A DNA stretch of 63,025 nt, filler included, from Asterionella formosa (GCA_002256025.1; 16 parts of 16 records of this genome joined end to end with filler, not necessarily neighbours in it), one strand, 5' to 3'; counted from the whole stretch's first letter, positions 36,402 through 49,760 are shown. A program made the numbers and translations. The notes: a model not told the origin generated them from the sequence alone.

Positions 36402-37911
36402 CTACCATACTATTCAAATACTACATACATGGTGTGCATTGCATATTGTTGATTTCACAATTAAATTTTAGAGTACATTAATAGAGCTAGAAATTGCACT
36501 TGTGCCAGGGTTTACACTCCTTCATAATCATTCTGGTTTCTTATGAAGCCTAGGACATCTTCCATGGCCACGTGTCCATACAGGTGCAAGGCGAATGCTC
36601 GCCACAACGTTTGTTGTAATTGGAGGTATTTTCTTGATTACAGGTATTAAAAGCTAGATCCGCAGTTTCCACTCACAAGCGCTTCTGCTGTAACGTATGT
36701 CTTTTAATTCTAACTTCCATTGGAAGCAGCAGGAAGAATGATCTGTCACTGTCCATAACCCTTTGTTGATCAAATCTATATTGAACCCTGATTTGTGAAT
36801 CCACTTCCTCCATACCGTGCATTGCATATTACAGAAATAATGAGCATTCATCGCATCAAGCCATTTTATCACTAAAGGTTTTCTTTGCATGGTGTGGGAG
36901 AGGGTGAAATTCTGCATAAGAGGGTGAAGATTTCTTTTGATCTCAGTCAAGTTTTATTCATCAGAACTCTATATTATTATGTATGGCGTTTGTTGTATCC
37001 ATGTAGGTTTTTAGGTGATCTAATTTGGGTTGACTAAAATAAAAACTTATATTACTACGTACTTCTTCACCCAGTGTGTTAAAGTATTACCTTTTTATAT
37101 AGGTCTATCATTAGACAAAGAAGACATTAGACAGAAATGTTCATTTCTCGTTTATCAATATATTCTTTTTGTTGTTTACTGAGCTAGTTATTAGACTTGT
37201 ACAGCCATTTGAATAATCAAGTGAACTAATCTCCAAATTTTGTCTGTATTTGTTAGATCATTCATTCATAGATAGACCCATGATGTCTACCTCACATTCA
37301 TTGACCACAGATTTATAACCATTGATCATTAGATTCAAACAATCAGTTTTCCAAATGCGGTAGTCTACCAGTATCATCTGGCTCATTATTCTAGAATAAT
37401 GTTGTGTGATTGATGGTTGCTTGGTACACACAACTCATTTGACTGTGAGTCATATATATACCTAAGGGATGAGCTCACTTTGACAGCCTGCTCTAGGGAG
37501 TACCAGCACTAGGCGGATGTATACTGGTACTCCGGGATATTAACAAAATGCACGCCCTTCCCCCGGTGTCATTATGATCCCGGCATACGTGTACCGGTAG
37601 TCTACCGGTAATAAATGCTGATGTACATACCGGTAGTACCGGTAAGAACATGGTTGAGTCTTTGTCCTCGTGCTTGGCGGCTTGCCGTTATCCAAATTAT
37701 CTTCCATAAATTTGTTTGTTGGTCGTCTTTGGCGCCTTCATTAAGCAAGCCACCATAATTACCTCTTAATGGGCCCTCGCCTTCTAACAGAACGAATAGC
37801 ACCTCCTGAAANNNNNNNNNNNNNNNNNNNNNNNNNNNNNNNNNNNNNNNNNNNNTTAATTAATTAANNNNNNNNNNNNNNNNNNNNNNNNNNNNNNNNN
37901 NNNNNNNNNNN

Positions 37912-39917
37912 TGTTGAAAGGTCTCGTACTCCTTCCCGTCTGACGGGTTCCTCTTACGTAGAACTTACCTGCTATACCACTAGTATTGTTATCTTCTTTC
38001 TGCTGCTAGCCTTCGTGCTAGTTTTCGTTATTGACCTTACTCTGTCAATTCTCACTGTTTCTTAATTATAAGATTAAACTAAAACTAAGTTTCAATCCCA
38101 TTCATCACACTTCGAGAACCTGTTCTTCGTGTTCCCTTTTCGTTGATGTAAACCTTCTTCTGATTGATCTAAGACATCAATCTCGTTAGCAAGCTTCTTG
38201 ACATGGGAACGCACCATTTGACTCATTGGACTATAGTCGAGTCCACAGTCCTTGTGACTCATTATAGCCATTGATGCTATATTCTTGACATCCTCCTCGT
38301 TACCATGTTCAAGAAGTTCTAAAATTGTACCACTCAGCACGGGTCCAGATAACCTTGTAAAAATCTGCTCTTTGACATTCTTCGTCAAAATGTCTGCTGG
38401 ATTGTTTTCTGATCTTAGAAAAACAATATGCAACTCACCCTCATCTATCATGTTCTTGACATGATGAAACTTAATATCAATGTGTTTTGTTCTTGTTCCA
38501 AGTTGTTGATTCTTCGCTGTGAATATTGCACCTGTATTATCCTCATGTAAAATGCTTGGTAGGATATTTTTGCCACCTGTCACTTCGTTGAGTAACATTG
38601 CAATAAATTTAATCTCTTGAGCACATTGCGACATTGCAACGTATTCTGCTTCTGTGCTTGATAGCGTAACGGATGACTGGCCCTTTGATTGCCAACTGAT
38701 CAACGCACCACCAATGGTAACCAGAAAACCCGTAGTACTTTTCCGGCTTACCTTATTAGCAGCCCAGTCACTATCAACATAAGCAATAACCCGCAATTCC
38801 TTAGGTTTTCGAATCTTGAGAACTCTGTCCAATTTGCTTGATAAGAATCCAACAACTCGTGAAATTCCATCCCAGTGTTCTTCGCCTGGACAGCTTAAAT
38901 ACGAAGATAATTCACGTACTGCATTGGCACAGTCCGGGGAATCTTTCTTAGTAGACCATAATAGTTTCCCAACAATCTTGCGATATTCCGCCTCCATAAT
39001 AGTTTCTCCATTATTGGCTCCTAGTGTTTTTCCTGGTGCTCCTGGTGTCGCATAAGACTTTATCTTCTTACCAGTAAGCATTTCATATTCCAGTAGCATT
39101 TCAGTACGAAATTTCTTCAGTTGTACTTCCCAGTATTCTCCAAATTTGTCATGCTTGCGCATATATTCCACACCTAAGTGTTTTCGTACAGGACCTTGTT
39201 CCGTGATATTAAAATCCTCCTTGATCATATTTTTCATATAGTCGACTGCATTCCTGGTACCACAAATAATTCCATCATCCACGTAGTTTGCCAACAGCCC
39301 TTCAATTTGTCCATCGTTGTTACGGTAGATAAACAACATTGGGTCTATTTCACTTTTCGTTATACCTTTCTTGCTGGTGACGGATTTCGCAAATGTCTTA
39401 GACCAGCATCTTGGAGCTTGTACAATTCCATACATAGCCTTAATTAATTTGCAGATATGTATATTCTGATCGATCCCTGTCAATCCTTCTGGGGGCTCAA
39501 TATAAATGTCTTCGTCGACGTCAGCATTTAAAAACGCTGCTTCAACATCGATTGCTTCCGCTATCCAACCATAGTACAAAGTAACAGCCAGAACAGTTTT
39601 TATTGTAGCATCACTTGCAACAGGAGCGAATGTTTCAGTAAAATCAACTCCCGGGATCTGTTCATATCCCTTTACAACCAACCGTGCCTTGTATACTGTC
39701 TTTCCGGTTATCACGTCCTCCTTAATACGGAAGACCCATCTTGTCTTAAGAGCTCTCTTGTTCACGTCATTTCTCTTAACTATTTTCCATACTCCTCTTG
39801 CTTGGAAGTTTTCAAATTCTTTCTTTATAGCTTTCATCCACTCTTTGCGATCAGGTCTTACCATTGCCTCATCATAACTATTTGGTAAACCTGGGTCCGA
39901 TGCAAGACTTGCATTGA
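37912..39917 (-). mobile_element. Ty1/copia retrotransposon, intact RT-RNaseH (ORF to 38092) plus complete 3' LTR 38290-37912
   Basis: YKARLVVKGYEQIPGVDF, DVEAAFLNA, YVDD, YVDSDWA, SSTEAEY, EDNTGA and ADILTK. PPT gaggagga|TGTCAAG, LTR ends ...ttcAACA at the contig edge. Confidence 0.95.
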
Positions 39918-40017
39918 NNNNNNNNNNNNNNNNNNNNNNNNNNNNNNNNNNNNNNNNNNNNTTAATTAATTAANNNNNNNNNNNNNNNNNNNNNNNNNNN
40001 NNNNNNNNNNNNNNNNN

Positions 40018-42023
40018 TGTTGAAAGGTCTCGTACTCCTTCCCGTCTGACGGGTTCCTCTTACGTAGAACTTACCTGCTATACCACTAGTATTGTTATCT
40101 TCTTTCTGCTGCTAGCCTTCGTGCTAGTTTTCGTTATTGACCTTACTCTGTCAATTCTCACTGTTTCTTAATTATAAGATTAAACTAAAACTAAGTTTCA
40201 ATCCCATTCATCACACTTCGAGAACCTGTTCTTCGTGTTCCCTTTTCGTTGATGTAAACCTTCTTCTGATTGATCTAAGACATCAATCTCGTTAGCAAGC
40301 TTCTTGACATGGGAACGCACCATTTGACTCATTGGACTATAGTCGAGTCCACAGTCCTTGTGACTCATTATAGCCATTGATGCTATATTCTTGACATCCT
40401 CCTCGTTACCATGTTCAAGAAGTTCTAAAATTGTACCACTCAGCACGGGTCCAGATAACCTTGTAAAAATCTGCTCTTTGACATTCTTCGTCAAAATGTC
40501 TGCTGGATTGTTTTCTGATCTTAGAAAAACAATATGCAACTCACCCTCATCTATCATGTTCTTGACATGATGAAACTTAATATCAATGTGTTTTGTTCTT
40601 GTTCCAAGTTGTTGATTCTTCGCTGTGAATATTGCACCTGTATTATCCTCATGTAAAATGCTTGGTAGGATATTTTTGCCACCTGTCACTTCGTTGAGTA
40701 ACATTGCAATAAATTTAATCTCTTGAGCACATTGCGACATTGCAACGTATTCTGCTTCTGTGCTTGATAGCGTAACGGATGACTGGCCGTTTGCTTTCCA
40801 ACTGATCAACGCACCACCAATGGTAACCAGAAAACCCGTAGTACTTTTCCGGCTTACCTTATTAGCAGCCCAGTCACTATCAACATAAGCAATAACCCGC
40901 AATTCCTTAGGTTTTCGAATCTTGAGAACTCTGTCCAATTTGCTTGATAAGAATCCAACAACTCGTGAAATTCCATCCCAGTGTTCTTCGCCTGGACAGC
41001 TTAAATACGAAGATAATTCACGTACTGCATTGGCACAGTCCGGGGAATCTTTCTTAGTAGACCATAATAGTTTCCCAACAATCTTGCGATATTCCGCCTC
41101 CATAATAGTTTCTCCATTATTGGCTCCTAATGTTTTTCCTGGTGCTCCTGGTGTCGCATAAGACTTTATCTTCTTACCAGTAAGCATTTCATATTCCAGT
41201 AGCATTTCAGTACGAAATTTCTTCAGCTGTACTTCCCAGTATTCTCCAAATTTGTCATGCTTGCGCATATATTCCACACCTAAGTGTTTTCGTAGGGGAC
41301 CTTGTTCCGTGATATTAAAATCCTCCTTGATCATATTTTTCATATAGTCGACTGCATTCCTGGTACCACAAATAATTCCATCATCCACGTAGTTTGCCAA
41401 CAGCCCTTCAATTTGTCCATCGTTGTTACGGTAGATAAACAACATTGGGTCTATTTCACTTTTCGTTATACCTGTCTTGCTGGTGACGCACTTCGCGAAT
41501 GTCTTGGACCAGCATCTTGGAGCTTGTACAATTCCATACATAGCCTTAATTAATTTGCAGATATGTATATTCTGATCGATCCCTGTCAATCCTTCTGGGG
41601 GCTCAATATAAATGTCTTCGTCGACGTCAGCATTTAAAAACGCTGCTTCAACATCGATTGCTTCCGCTATCCAACCATAGTACAAAGTAACAGCCAGAAC
41701 AGTTTTTATTGTAGCATCACTTGCAACAGGAGCGAATGTTTCAGTAAAATCAACTCCCGGGATCTGTTCATATCCCTTCACAACCAACCGTGCCTTGTAT
41801 ACTGTCTTTCCGGTTATCACGTCCTCCTTAATACGGAAGACCCATCTTGTCTTAAGAGCTCTCTTGTTCACGTCATTTCTCTTAACTATTTTCCATACTC
41901 CTCTTGCTTGGAAGTTTTCAAATTCTTTCTTTATAGCTTTCATCCACTCTTTGCGATCAGGTCTTACCATTGCCTCATCATAACTATTTGGTAAACCTGG
42001 GTCCGATGCAAGACTTGCATTGA
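40018..42023 (-). mobile_element. Near-identical second copy of the copia RT-RNaseH plus 3' LTR (40396-40018)
   Basis: Same length (2006 bp) and endpoints as 37912-39917, with few substitutions (S>C, K>T, V>L, QSK>KAN). Confidence 0.95.
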
Positions 42024-42659
42024 NNNNNNNNNNNNNNNNNNNNNNNNNNNNNNNNNNNNNNNNNNNNTTAATTAATTAANNNNNNNNNNNNNNNNNNNNN
42101 NNNNNNNNNNNNNNNNNNNNNNNTTAACCCCAGTTGTGACAACGATTCGTCAATGCGTACTGTGCTATATCTTTAGTACAGTCACTGTATGAGATTTTCG
42201 ATGTAGATTTCGGAATTTCCGACTGCAAGTGCCGGTAGTTCAGAATGCCTGTCATTATTGTCGTGCGCCGTCGTCACCTCGTATCTCTATGTAGCTACTT
42301 TTCTAACCTTGTTCAGACTTATTCCCAGTATACAACAGGTGGGAGTATAGTCTACATGGAACCAGTAGCTTTGAGCATGCGACTGTTTGCCCTAATTGAC
42401 AGAAATTCATATACCTTACGACATCGAATGTAGTTTTATATGAAGTATTAGACAGCATTTTCTTAGAATAACTTCTGGATTACCCATTCCCGCTTGGGTT
42501 TTTTCGCTAGAATTTCAGCGAAGACAAATATGACGTGCTCCACATTCACATGATGTTAAAGACTTCTTTGCGATGCAAAATACAACAGAAAAGCTCAAAG
42601 CAAAGCATGATATATTGGCAGGACTCATCATCGTCACAGCCGTCAAATCAATAAAATAA

Positions 42660-44129
42660 ATGACGAATATAATAAATATCTTTTCGAAAAAAGGATTGCG
42701 CAACAATATTAACTCGATATTCGATCGGTGCGAGTCCATGAAGATATTGCAAAACCACTTTCCGACAAGGCTATGTAGAACTACAAGGCCTTCGAATGGT
42801 GCAAGTCACATCAGTAGCATCAATCGGAAACAATACCGAGATGAAAAACTATCAGGACCTCTTGCAAATAAGACAGAGGACACAGCCCTTCATGTGGCTA
42901 TTTTGACCTGGTACTTGCTCTTCGGGGCGTTGCATGAGTTCTCCCATGTCCTCGCTGCTGCGGCCATTGGAATCGGAAACAAAATCTCTGCCAAAGATAT
43001 CCTTCTCGCTGTCCTTGCACGAGGAGTCATCATTCCTGGACTCTACAATGCTGATCCTGTCTCGGTGATGATCATTCGTCATAGCGGATGGATATCAAGT
43101 ATCCTGGTGGGTCTCGTTGTTCATTTGATCCATTCAAGGACACACAGTGCAACCAATAAGTGGATCAACTCCGCTCGCTCTGCTGCTTGGATTACAGCAG
43201 TCGAGGCGATAAGTACCGATCTTCTTGGCTTTGGCCTGTATGGCACCTTGAGCTCGTCCACTTTCCTTTGCGGCAACTTTGGAATTATCCTCATCAACCC
43301 ACTCTGGACTGAAAGCTCCCAAAGTAGTAAACAGGTCCTTGATTTACTTGCCAAGATGATTAGTGTCACCATGATGCGAGGTGCACAGACTGGTGGAGTG
43401 ATTGCTTGGGCAAAGAATGACAACAATGAGATCTATGGGATTCGAAGTAGAGTTGTCAACGGCAAGCGGACAGATTTATCTAAAGGCGTCAAAGACAAAG
43501 TTAAGCGAGACACATTTACCCACGGCAAGATTAAGGGAGGAATCCAAGGCTTCTATGGTCACACTCGCTTTGCTACTTCTTCAAAGGCTACTTTTGACGG
43601 GACACACCCTCATCAATGGACACCTTCAACAGTCAGACGAGTTTATCGCAGGAATGCCATGAATTCCAACAGTTGTCCAAAACCAAGCAGCTTGAAGGTA
43701 GAGAACTTCGTCAGTCACAATGGTGACTTTGATTTCTTTCGTGTTAACGATATTTACTATGATCTCAACAGCATCCAAGATTGGTTGGTCAAGGCGACCG
43801 GTGCTCCTATGCCGACTTCGGTTGACAGCTGCGCCATTGCTGGCATGATTGACATGATACGTACTTCGGGATGCTTCGCTTTGAGTGCTCGTTTTGCGTT
43901 GCTTCTAGGCATGTCAGGAAGTACCATTTCTGCAAATGATGATATTCCGTCATGGCCAGCTTTTGAGGAAGTTGGTACAGCTTTCGAGGTTGCACTTGAA
44001 GTATTCTGTGCGAAACACCTCATTTCACCTGCAATGATAGGAGACAGTGAGGATCTCCGCCAAGGTCTCACCCTTGAAGCGGCTCGAACAATCGAACCAG
44101 CATGGTACTACTCACATGAAGCCTTCACG
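42660..44129 (+). CDS. Membrane HExxH (peptidase M50B-like) domain fused to a class-II glutamine amidotransferase (GlmS-like Ntn) domain; 3'-truncated
   Basis: TM helix with HEFSH (42933-42947) and further TMs. Then CGNFGII (43269), RGAQTGG, GHTRFAT, THPH, HNGDF and VDS, which are GATase-2 motifs. Start uncertain (42660 or 42738). Confidence 0.8.
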
Positions 44130-44230
44130 NNNNNNNNNNNNNNNNNNNNNNNNNNNNNNNNNNNNNNNNNNNNTTAATTAATTAANNNNNNNNNNNNNNN
44201 NNNNNNNNNNNNNNNNNNNNNNNNNNNNNC

Positions 44231-44533
44231 ATGGACATGACCACCCGCCTCTGGCACGCGGCCGACGGCACCTCTGCCGGCGAACTTCCCCGCCACGGCT
44301 ACTGGATCTGGAAGGTCGCGTTCAGTCCCGACGGCACCCGTCTCGCCACCGCCAGCGCCGACCACACCGCCCGCGTGTGGGATGTCCGCACGCTCACCGC
44401 CATCAGCGCTCCATTGCCACATCCGAGCATCGTCCTTCACCTCGCCTGGCACCCTGACGGCTCTCGTCTCGCGACGGGCGATGCCCGGGGTGATATCCGG
44501 ATTTGGGGTACCGGCGATCAGTTTGAGCAATGA
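44231..44533 (+). CDS. WD40-repeat protein C-terminus (bacterial; 5'-truncated)
   Basis: VAFSPDGTRLATASADHTARVWD and LAWHPDGSRLATGD. High-GC codon usage. Confidence 0.85.
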   Translation: MDMTTRLWHAADGTSAGELPRHGYWIWKVAFSPDGTRLATASADHTARVWDVRTLTAISAPLPHPSIVLHLAWHPDGSRLATGDARGDIRIWGTGDQFEQ

Positions 44534-44647
44534 GTGAAAGTCCGGAAATCCGGATATTTCATGTTTTTTGAGTGGTGTGCGGTGCGCAACTTTGGGCCTG
44601 GGAACTGTCACTGATGGTTCGAGCCCATTCATGGCGCACGAACCGCG

Positions 44648-46224
44648 ATGTCCTTCCCAATTCTAACAACTACCGCGAGGGAGCTGCTGCGCCCTGTTTT
44701 CGCCGTCCTGCTGACCTTTGCCCATGTGGAGGCGGCGGAACACGAGCCGCCACGGCATATTCCCTCGTCTGACAAAGTGCCGGAAGGTCTTTCGGCCTCG
44801 GACTGGCAAGGCATTCGCGCGGCGTACGAGTCGGGGCGGCACGGCTTTCAGCCAGTGGCCGATGGCTGGCTGGCACGGAATCCCGGGCAGCAGTGGACCA
44901 CTCATTTCGACAGGCAGGGCTTCACCGCACAGCCGCAGGACGCCGGATGGACGTGGGGCTTGCAGTTGGAGAGTTATGGTTTTGGAGAGGCGCAGACATC
45001 CGTCGGTGGGACGCCTGCGGTGCATGCGGAGGGCCTGCGACTGAGTTACCAGTGGGATGCCACGGTGGAGGAGTGGTTCATCAACGATCCGCGCGGGCTG
45101 GAGCATGGCTTTACGGTGGCGCATCGTCCGCCATCAGGAACTACCGATGAATCATCCGGACTTTCCTTCACCCTGACGACCCGGGGCGACCTCACCCCGG
45201 AAGTCGGTCCGCTGGCGGTGGCTTTCCACGATGCCTCTGGAGCGACCGTGTTGAACTACTCGGGACTCAAGGTCTGGGATGCGGACGGGACCATCCTCGC
45301 CTCGCGCTTCGAGCCGGCGGGAGGGAAGAGCTTCCGCCTGGTGGTCGATGAACGCGGCGCCCGCTATCCCATCACCATCGACCCGATCGCCCAGCAGGCG
45401 TATCTCAAGGGCGACAATGGCAGTGACGGATTCGGGTTCGGAACTTCGGTCGCCGCTTCGGGAAATACCGTTGTGGTGGGGACGCCGCGAGAGGGCGCTG
45501 TCTATATCTTCACCCTCAGCAGTTCCGGTGTGTGGAGCAAGCAGGCGCGTCTCGTGGCCAGCAACCCCGGAATCGCGGAGTATTTCGGACAATCTGTTGC
45601 CATCTCCGGAGACACGGTGGGCGTCGGAACGAGCTTTGAGAGCAGCAGTGCCACGGGCGTGAATGGCAATCAGACGGACAACAGCACACCCGGTGCCGGC
45701 GCGGCCTACATCTTTACCCGCAATGCCGGTGTGTGGAGCCAGCAGGCCTACCTCAAAGCCAGCAACACTGAGAGCAACGACTACTTCGGCGGGTCGGTTT
45801 CCATCTCGGGAAACACCGTTGTCGTGGGAGCCGAGGGAGAGGATGCAGCCTCCATCGGTATCAACGGCAATCAGGCGGATAACAGTGCCGTGGATTCCGG
45901 TGCAGCCTATGTGTTTGTCAGGACTGGCAGCAACTGGATCCAGCAAGCCTATCTCAAGGCAAGTAATGCGGATTTATATGACGAATTCGGTCGATCTGTT
46001 GCCATCTGGGACGACACCGTCGTGGTCGGGGCTCGCTATGAGGGCAGCGCAGACACCGGTGTAGGTGGCACCGGAACAAACAATCATGCGCCTGAATCGG
46101 GAGCAGCCTATGTCTTCACTCGCAGCGGCAGCACGTGGAGCCAGCAGTCAATTCTCAAGGCCAGCAATACCGGGGCGGGCGATTTGTTCGGCTACACGGT
46201 TGCCATTTCGAATGACACTGTTGT
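44648..46224 (+). CDS. Secreted FG-GAP/integrin-like beta-propeller repeat protein (bacterial; 3'-truncated)
   Basis: Signal peptide, N-terminal domain ending YPITIDP, then repeats of QQAYLKASN..D.FG.SVAISGDTVVVGA..E...GAAYVF. Confidence 0.9.
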
Positions 46225-47708
46225 NNNNNNNNNNNNNNNNNNNNNNNNNNNNNNNNNNNNNNNNNNNNTTAATTAATTAANNNNNNNNNNNNNNNNNNNN
46301 NNNNNNNNNNNNNNNNNNNNNNNNTCTTTTTTATCATATCATGAGGAGATGGCTACTGTATCCCGGTATACCGGAAGCTAAACTACAGGCAGATGAACCC
46401 TGGCCCTGGCCTGGGACAATTCACTCGGTCCCTCGTGCTAGTAGACTACTGGATGCATCATGGTGAAGGAAATGAATTACCGGCATGCCGGTTGAAGACG
46501 TACCACAACGGCATTTTTAGCCATGTGCTATGCATTTATTTGCCTGAATACATATTAATTACCGGCCGGTATATCAAGACGTAAAATTCAGTCTCAGTAC
46601 ATCAAGACGTAAAATTCAGTCTCAGTGGGTCAATGCAGAATATGAAATTTTTAACAAACATGAAAGTAATTTTATATTCGTTGGTGAACACGGACTATCC
46701 TGTTTGGTTCAAAGCGAAAAGACATAAAATGCATGATGCTCCATACATGATACCGGTACATTGTACAGGTACCTGGTACCATGTACAATACCGGTAGATG
46801 TACAGTATCAGTTTTGTGAACAGCCATGGGCACATATTTATATGTACCAGGTACTCCGTACCACTTATACTGGTCTGCCTACATAGATACTGGTATTACA
46901 CGGCTGCACCGGGTTTCATCAATTTTTATTTACTGAATTATTATTGACAAGGTTATGGATAAGACACAAAATGCGAGAAATTTATAAGAATCGTTGTACA
47001 CAATTTAAGATGAGACCTCCAAACTTGGGATAATCCGTGCTTTTCACGTTTTTCCCCGATCGCCACTTTTGACCTAGTTCGACGTCCAATCGGTTGAGAA
47101 CTAACAGTATGACTCAATCTGGTATATGCACAAGACACATTCTGGAGCTTAAGAAATAGAAAATGAATGATTTTTCATTACAAAACGTTTTTTTATACCG
47201 TCAGTGGGTAAATGCAGTTCAAATTTTTCCCAGTGGGTCAATGCAGTTTTTTACTGGTACCAAATAAAAAACTGTAAGCCACCGCTACGGCGACTTTTGA
47301 ACTGTAAGCCACCGCTGAACGGAGTAAACGCACGGTTTGAACTTAGTTTACAAGATACGCTATTTATTGTCACGAACGAGTTGTTCAGATTTATATAGCG
47401 AGTAAATACTTTCGTACTTGTATTGTTGCATTGTGTACATTGTTAATTAGGTATTATCGCCCAAAGGTTGCTGTCGACGTGAAATTGCGAAAATTGGATA
47501 TTTTCACGTTTACTCGATTGAGCAAGCATCACCTTTTATATACGTATGCTGGTATGATAATATTCCTCCGCTAGAAAACTAATTTAGTATCCTCTAAAAT
47601 TTATTTAATATGTCTACGACGTCATTGCGCTTTCGCTCGTGCGCCATAATAAAGAGATAAATTCACTAATGGAAAACGTCAAATAGGAATTCCTGGCGCG
47701 CCCGAATT

Positions 47709-48325
47709 ATGAGTACAAAAATTAAATGCAAACATAAACAATCACCCATCACCCATCACAATACCAACATCATGATCTCGAAAGCGCCTCGACAATGCAA
47801 AGCCTTGCCTCGAAAGAAATTGTCTCCTGAAGAGTTGGTCAGTGTTCAGTTTTGTCTTAACAATGTGATTAGGGAGCTAGAAGCTAAGAAGGCTAACAAT
47901 GGTGGAAAAATGTCTCATGGTGCTATTTCTAGGACAGTATCAGCTAAGCAATGCATTTTCCCTTGGATATCTGTTAACCAAGTGAAGAATGAACTAAAAC
48001 AAAGTGCTAAACTAGAAGTTAAGTCTAGTACTACTAGTATGTATACTCCTTCTGGTTTGTCCCTCTTTCAGCCATCAACTGCAACCATGGTGTCTACATT
48101 GACACCTGACCATTGTGGCCCTACTAAACCCCAATTCTTGAATGCTGATGGCAGCTTTGCCTTGTTATTTCCCAGCAATCTCATTCATAATTCATATGAA
48201 ATTGTCGAGGAGGAAGAAGATGACAACAATGAAGGTGTGAGTGAGCATTATGATAGTCAGTTTACAATGATGGGCACTTTGGCATATGAAACTGGAAACA
48301 ATGGTGTGCTTACCTGGGGAAGTTT
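47709..48325 (+). CDS. Hypothetical ORF, possibly the N-terminus of a pogo/Tc1-like transposase; 3'-truncated
   Basis: ~200 open codons. NGGKMSHGAI...FPWISVNQVKN resembles HTH-like N-termini of diatom DDE transposases. Upstream subterminal-type direct repeats (cagtgggtcaatgcag, aactgtaagccaccgct). Confidence 0.35.
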
Positions 48326-48425
48326 NNNNNNNNNNNNNNNNNNNNNNNNNNNNNNNNNNNNNNNNNNNNTTAATTAATTAANNNNNNNNNNNNNNNNNNN
48401 NNNNNNNNNNNNNNNNNNNNNNNNN

Positions 48426-49760
48426 AATTACTATATGGAGCGAAAACTATAAAATGACATGCAACTGGCAGATATGTGGGTTGAACAGGTAATCTACGAT
48501 ATGTGGCAGTTTGGTATTGATTAATGGATCAATCATAGGAGCAAATTTCTCAACGGAAAAACAGCAGAAGAACAACTTGCCAAGCAAATTCAGGAGGTGG
48601 ACACACAGATAATCAGGCGGTACAATCAGGATCAGCTGCAAGTGAGAAACCAAGAGAGCTCTCTGTTTGCCCTCCCCATCCCGGTACGCTTACGCAGACA
48701 CATGGTACACCAGAAATGTCTGTGGGTAGAGACAGTCGATATTGCATGTCAGTCATGGCAATGCCACCAGACAACAGAGGAGGAGAGTCACACACAAGCC
48801 CGTCAGGCACCTTTGTGGTATCAACCCAATGGCCAGAGACCACGAGTGTGTTTAAGACCATCCTAAAGCCCTACCAGTGGCTTTCAGGTCACAAGTGCAA
48901 TTTAGAGTTAGTTTAAATGTACTATAAAATATATTTGAACAACCATGATGAATGGTTCTGTGTCTTTTCATGGCTGCATAACGCACCCTTTGTTGACTTC
49001 ACATTGACGTATGCATCTATATATTGGCTGGCGTTTTGCTCCCTCTTTTATCTTCACGTATCCTTGTTGATCTTGTGGATTGAGTTTAAATAATGCCTGA
49101 GGCGATATTTCTCCTTTACCCTGCACCAGTTGGATAAGTTTCACCGAAATGTCTGAGTCTTTCATTGCTTCCATCATTTTGCTAAAATTCAGTTTGAATA
49201 TCTTGGTTTGCTCCTCAAAGCTGTCGTTCTGGGTAAAAATTCCGCATACTTTTGTTTTCCATCCCACCATATGCATGTGTTCATCCTTCTCTGTGGAATG
49301 CGGATGTCGGAGTTGAGTCGATTTTCCATGTCTTTGTTGAAAGTGGTGGAAATGCCTTGTTTTGTTCCGCTTCTGCGACTTTCGCCTCGTTGTTGGTGGT
49401 TGCTTGTTTTGATGCTGTTGTTGTTGGGGAATTCTTTGCATGCTTGACCTCTTTGTCTACTCCAGTCTCATGTACCTCCTTCTCTTGCTTGTGTAGGTCC
49501 ATCTTTTGTAATCTCTCCTACCACTACCACTACTTCTTCTTCGTCTTCATCTTCTTCCATGGCGCTCCCTTGGCCTTCCATTTTGTCATCATCTGATGGC
49601 TCTTCATTATTCTTGTATTCTTGTTCATCATCTTGTTCTGTAGTAGCGCTCATTTTGTGAACAAATGACTTTATCTTTTACTTCTTTCCCTTCTTTTCGT
49701 GTTGCTTTCATATTGATCGTTTTCTTTTCAGGTTCTTAACTACATTGTCCATGAAATAGC
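48426..49760 (-). pseudogene. Degenerate acidic/low-complexity ORF, possibly a non-LTR retrotransposon ORF1 relic
   Basis: Overlapping frameshifted minus-strand ORF pieces (49653-49468, 49502-49281, 49441-48968, 48861-48613). Confidence 0.3.

Noticed and set aside
37912..42023. Tandem duplication of a retroelement
   Set aside because: The copies are separate contigs, so their adjacency is an artefact of concatenation.
44230..46224. Horizontal gene transfer into the alga
   Set aside because: There is no junction with eukaryotic DNA and the whole contig is bacterial-like, so contamination is more parsimonious.
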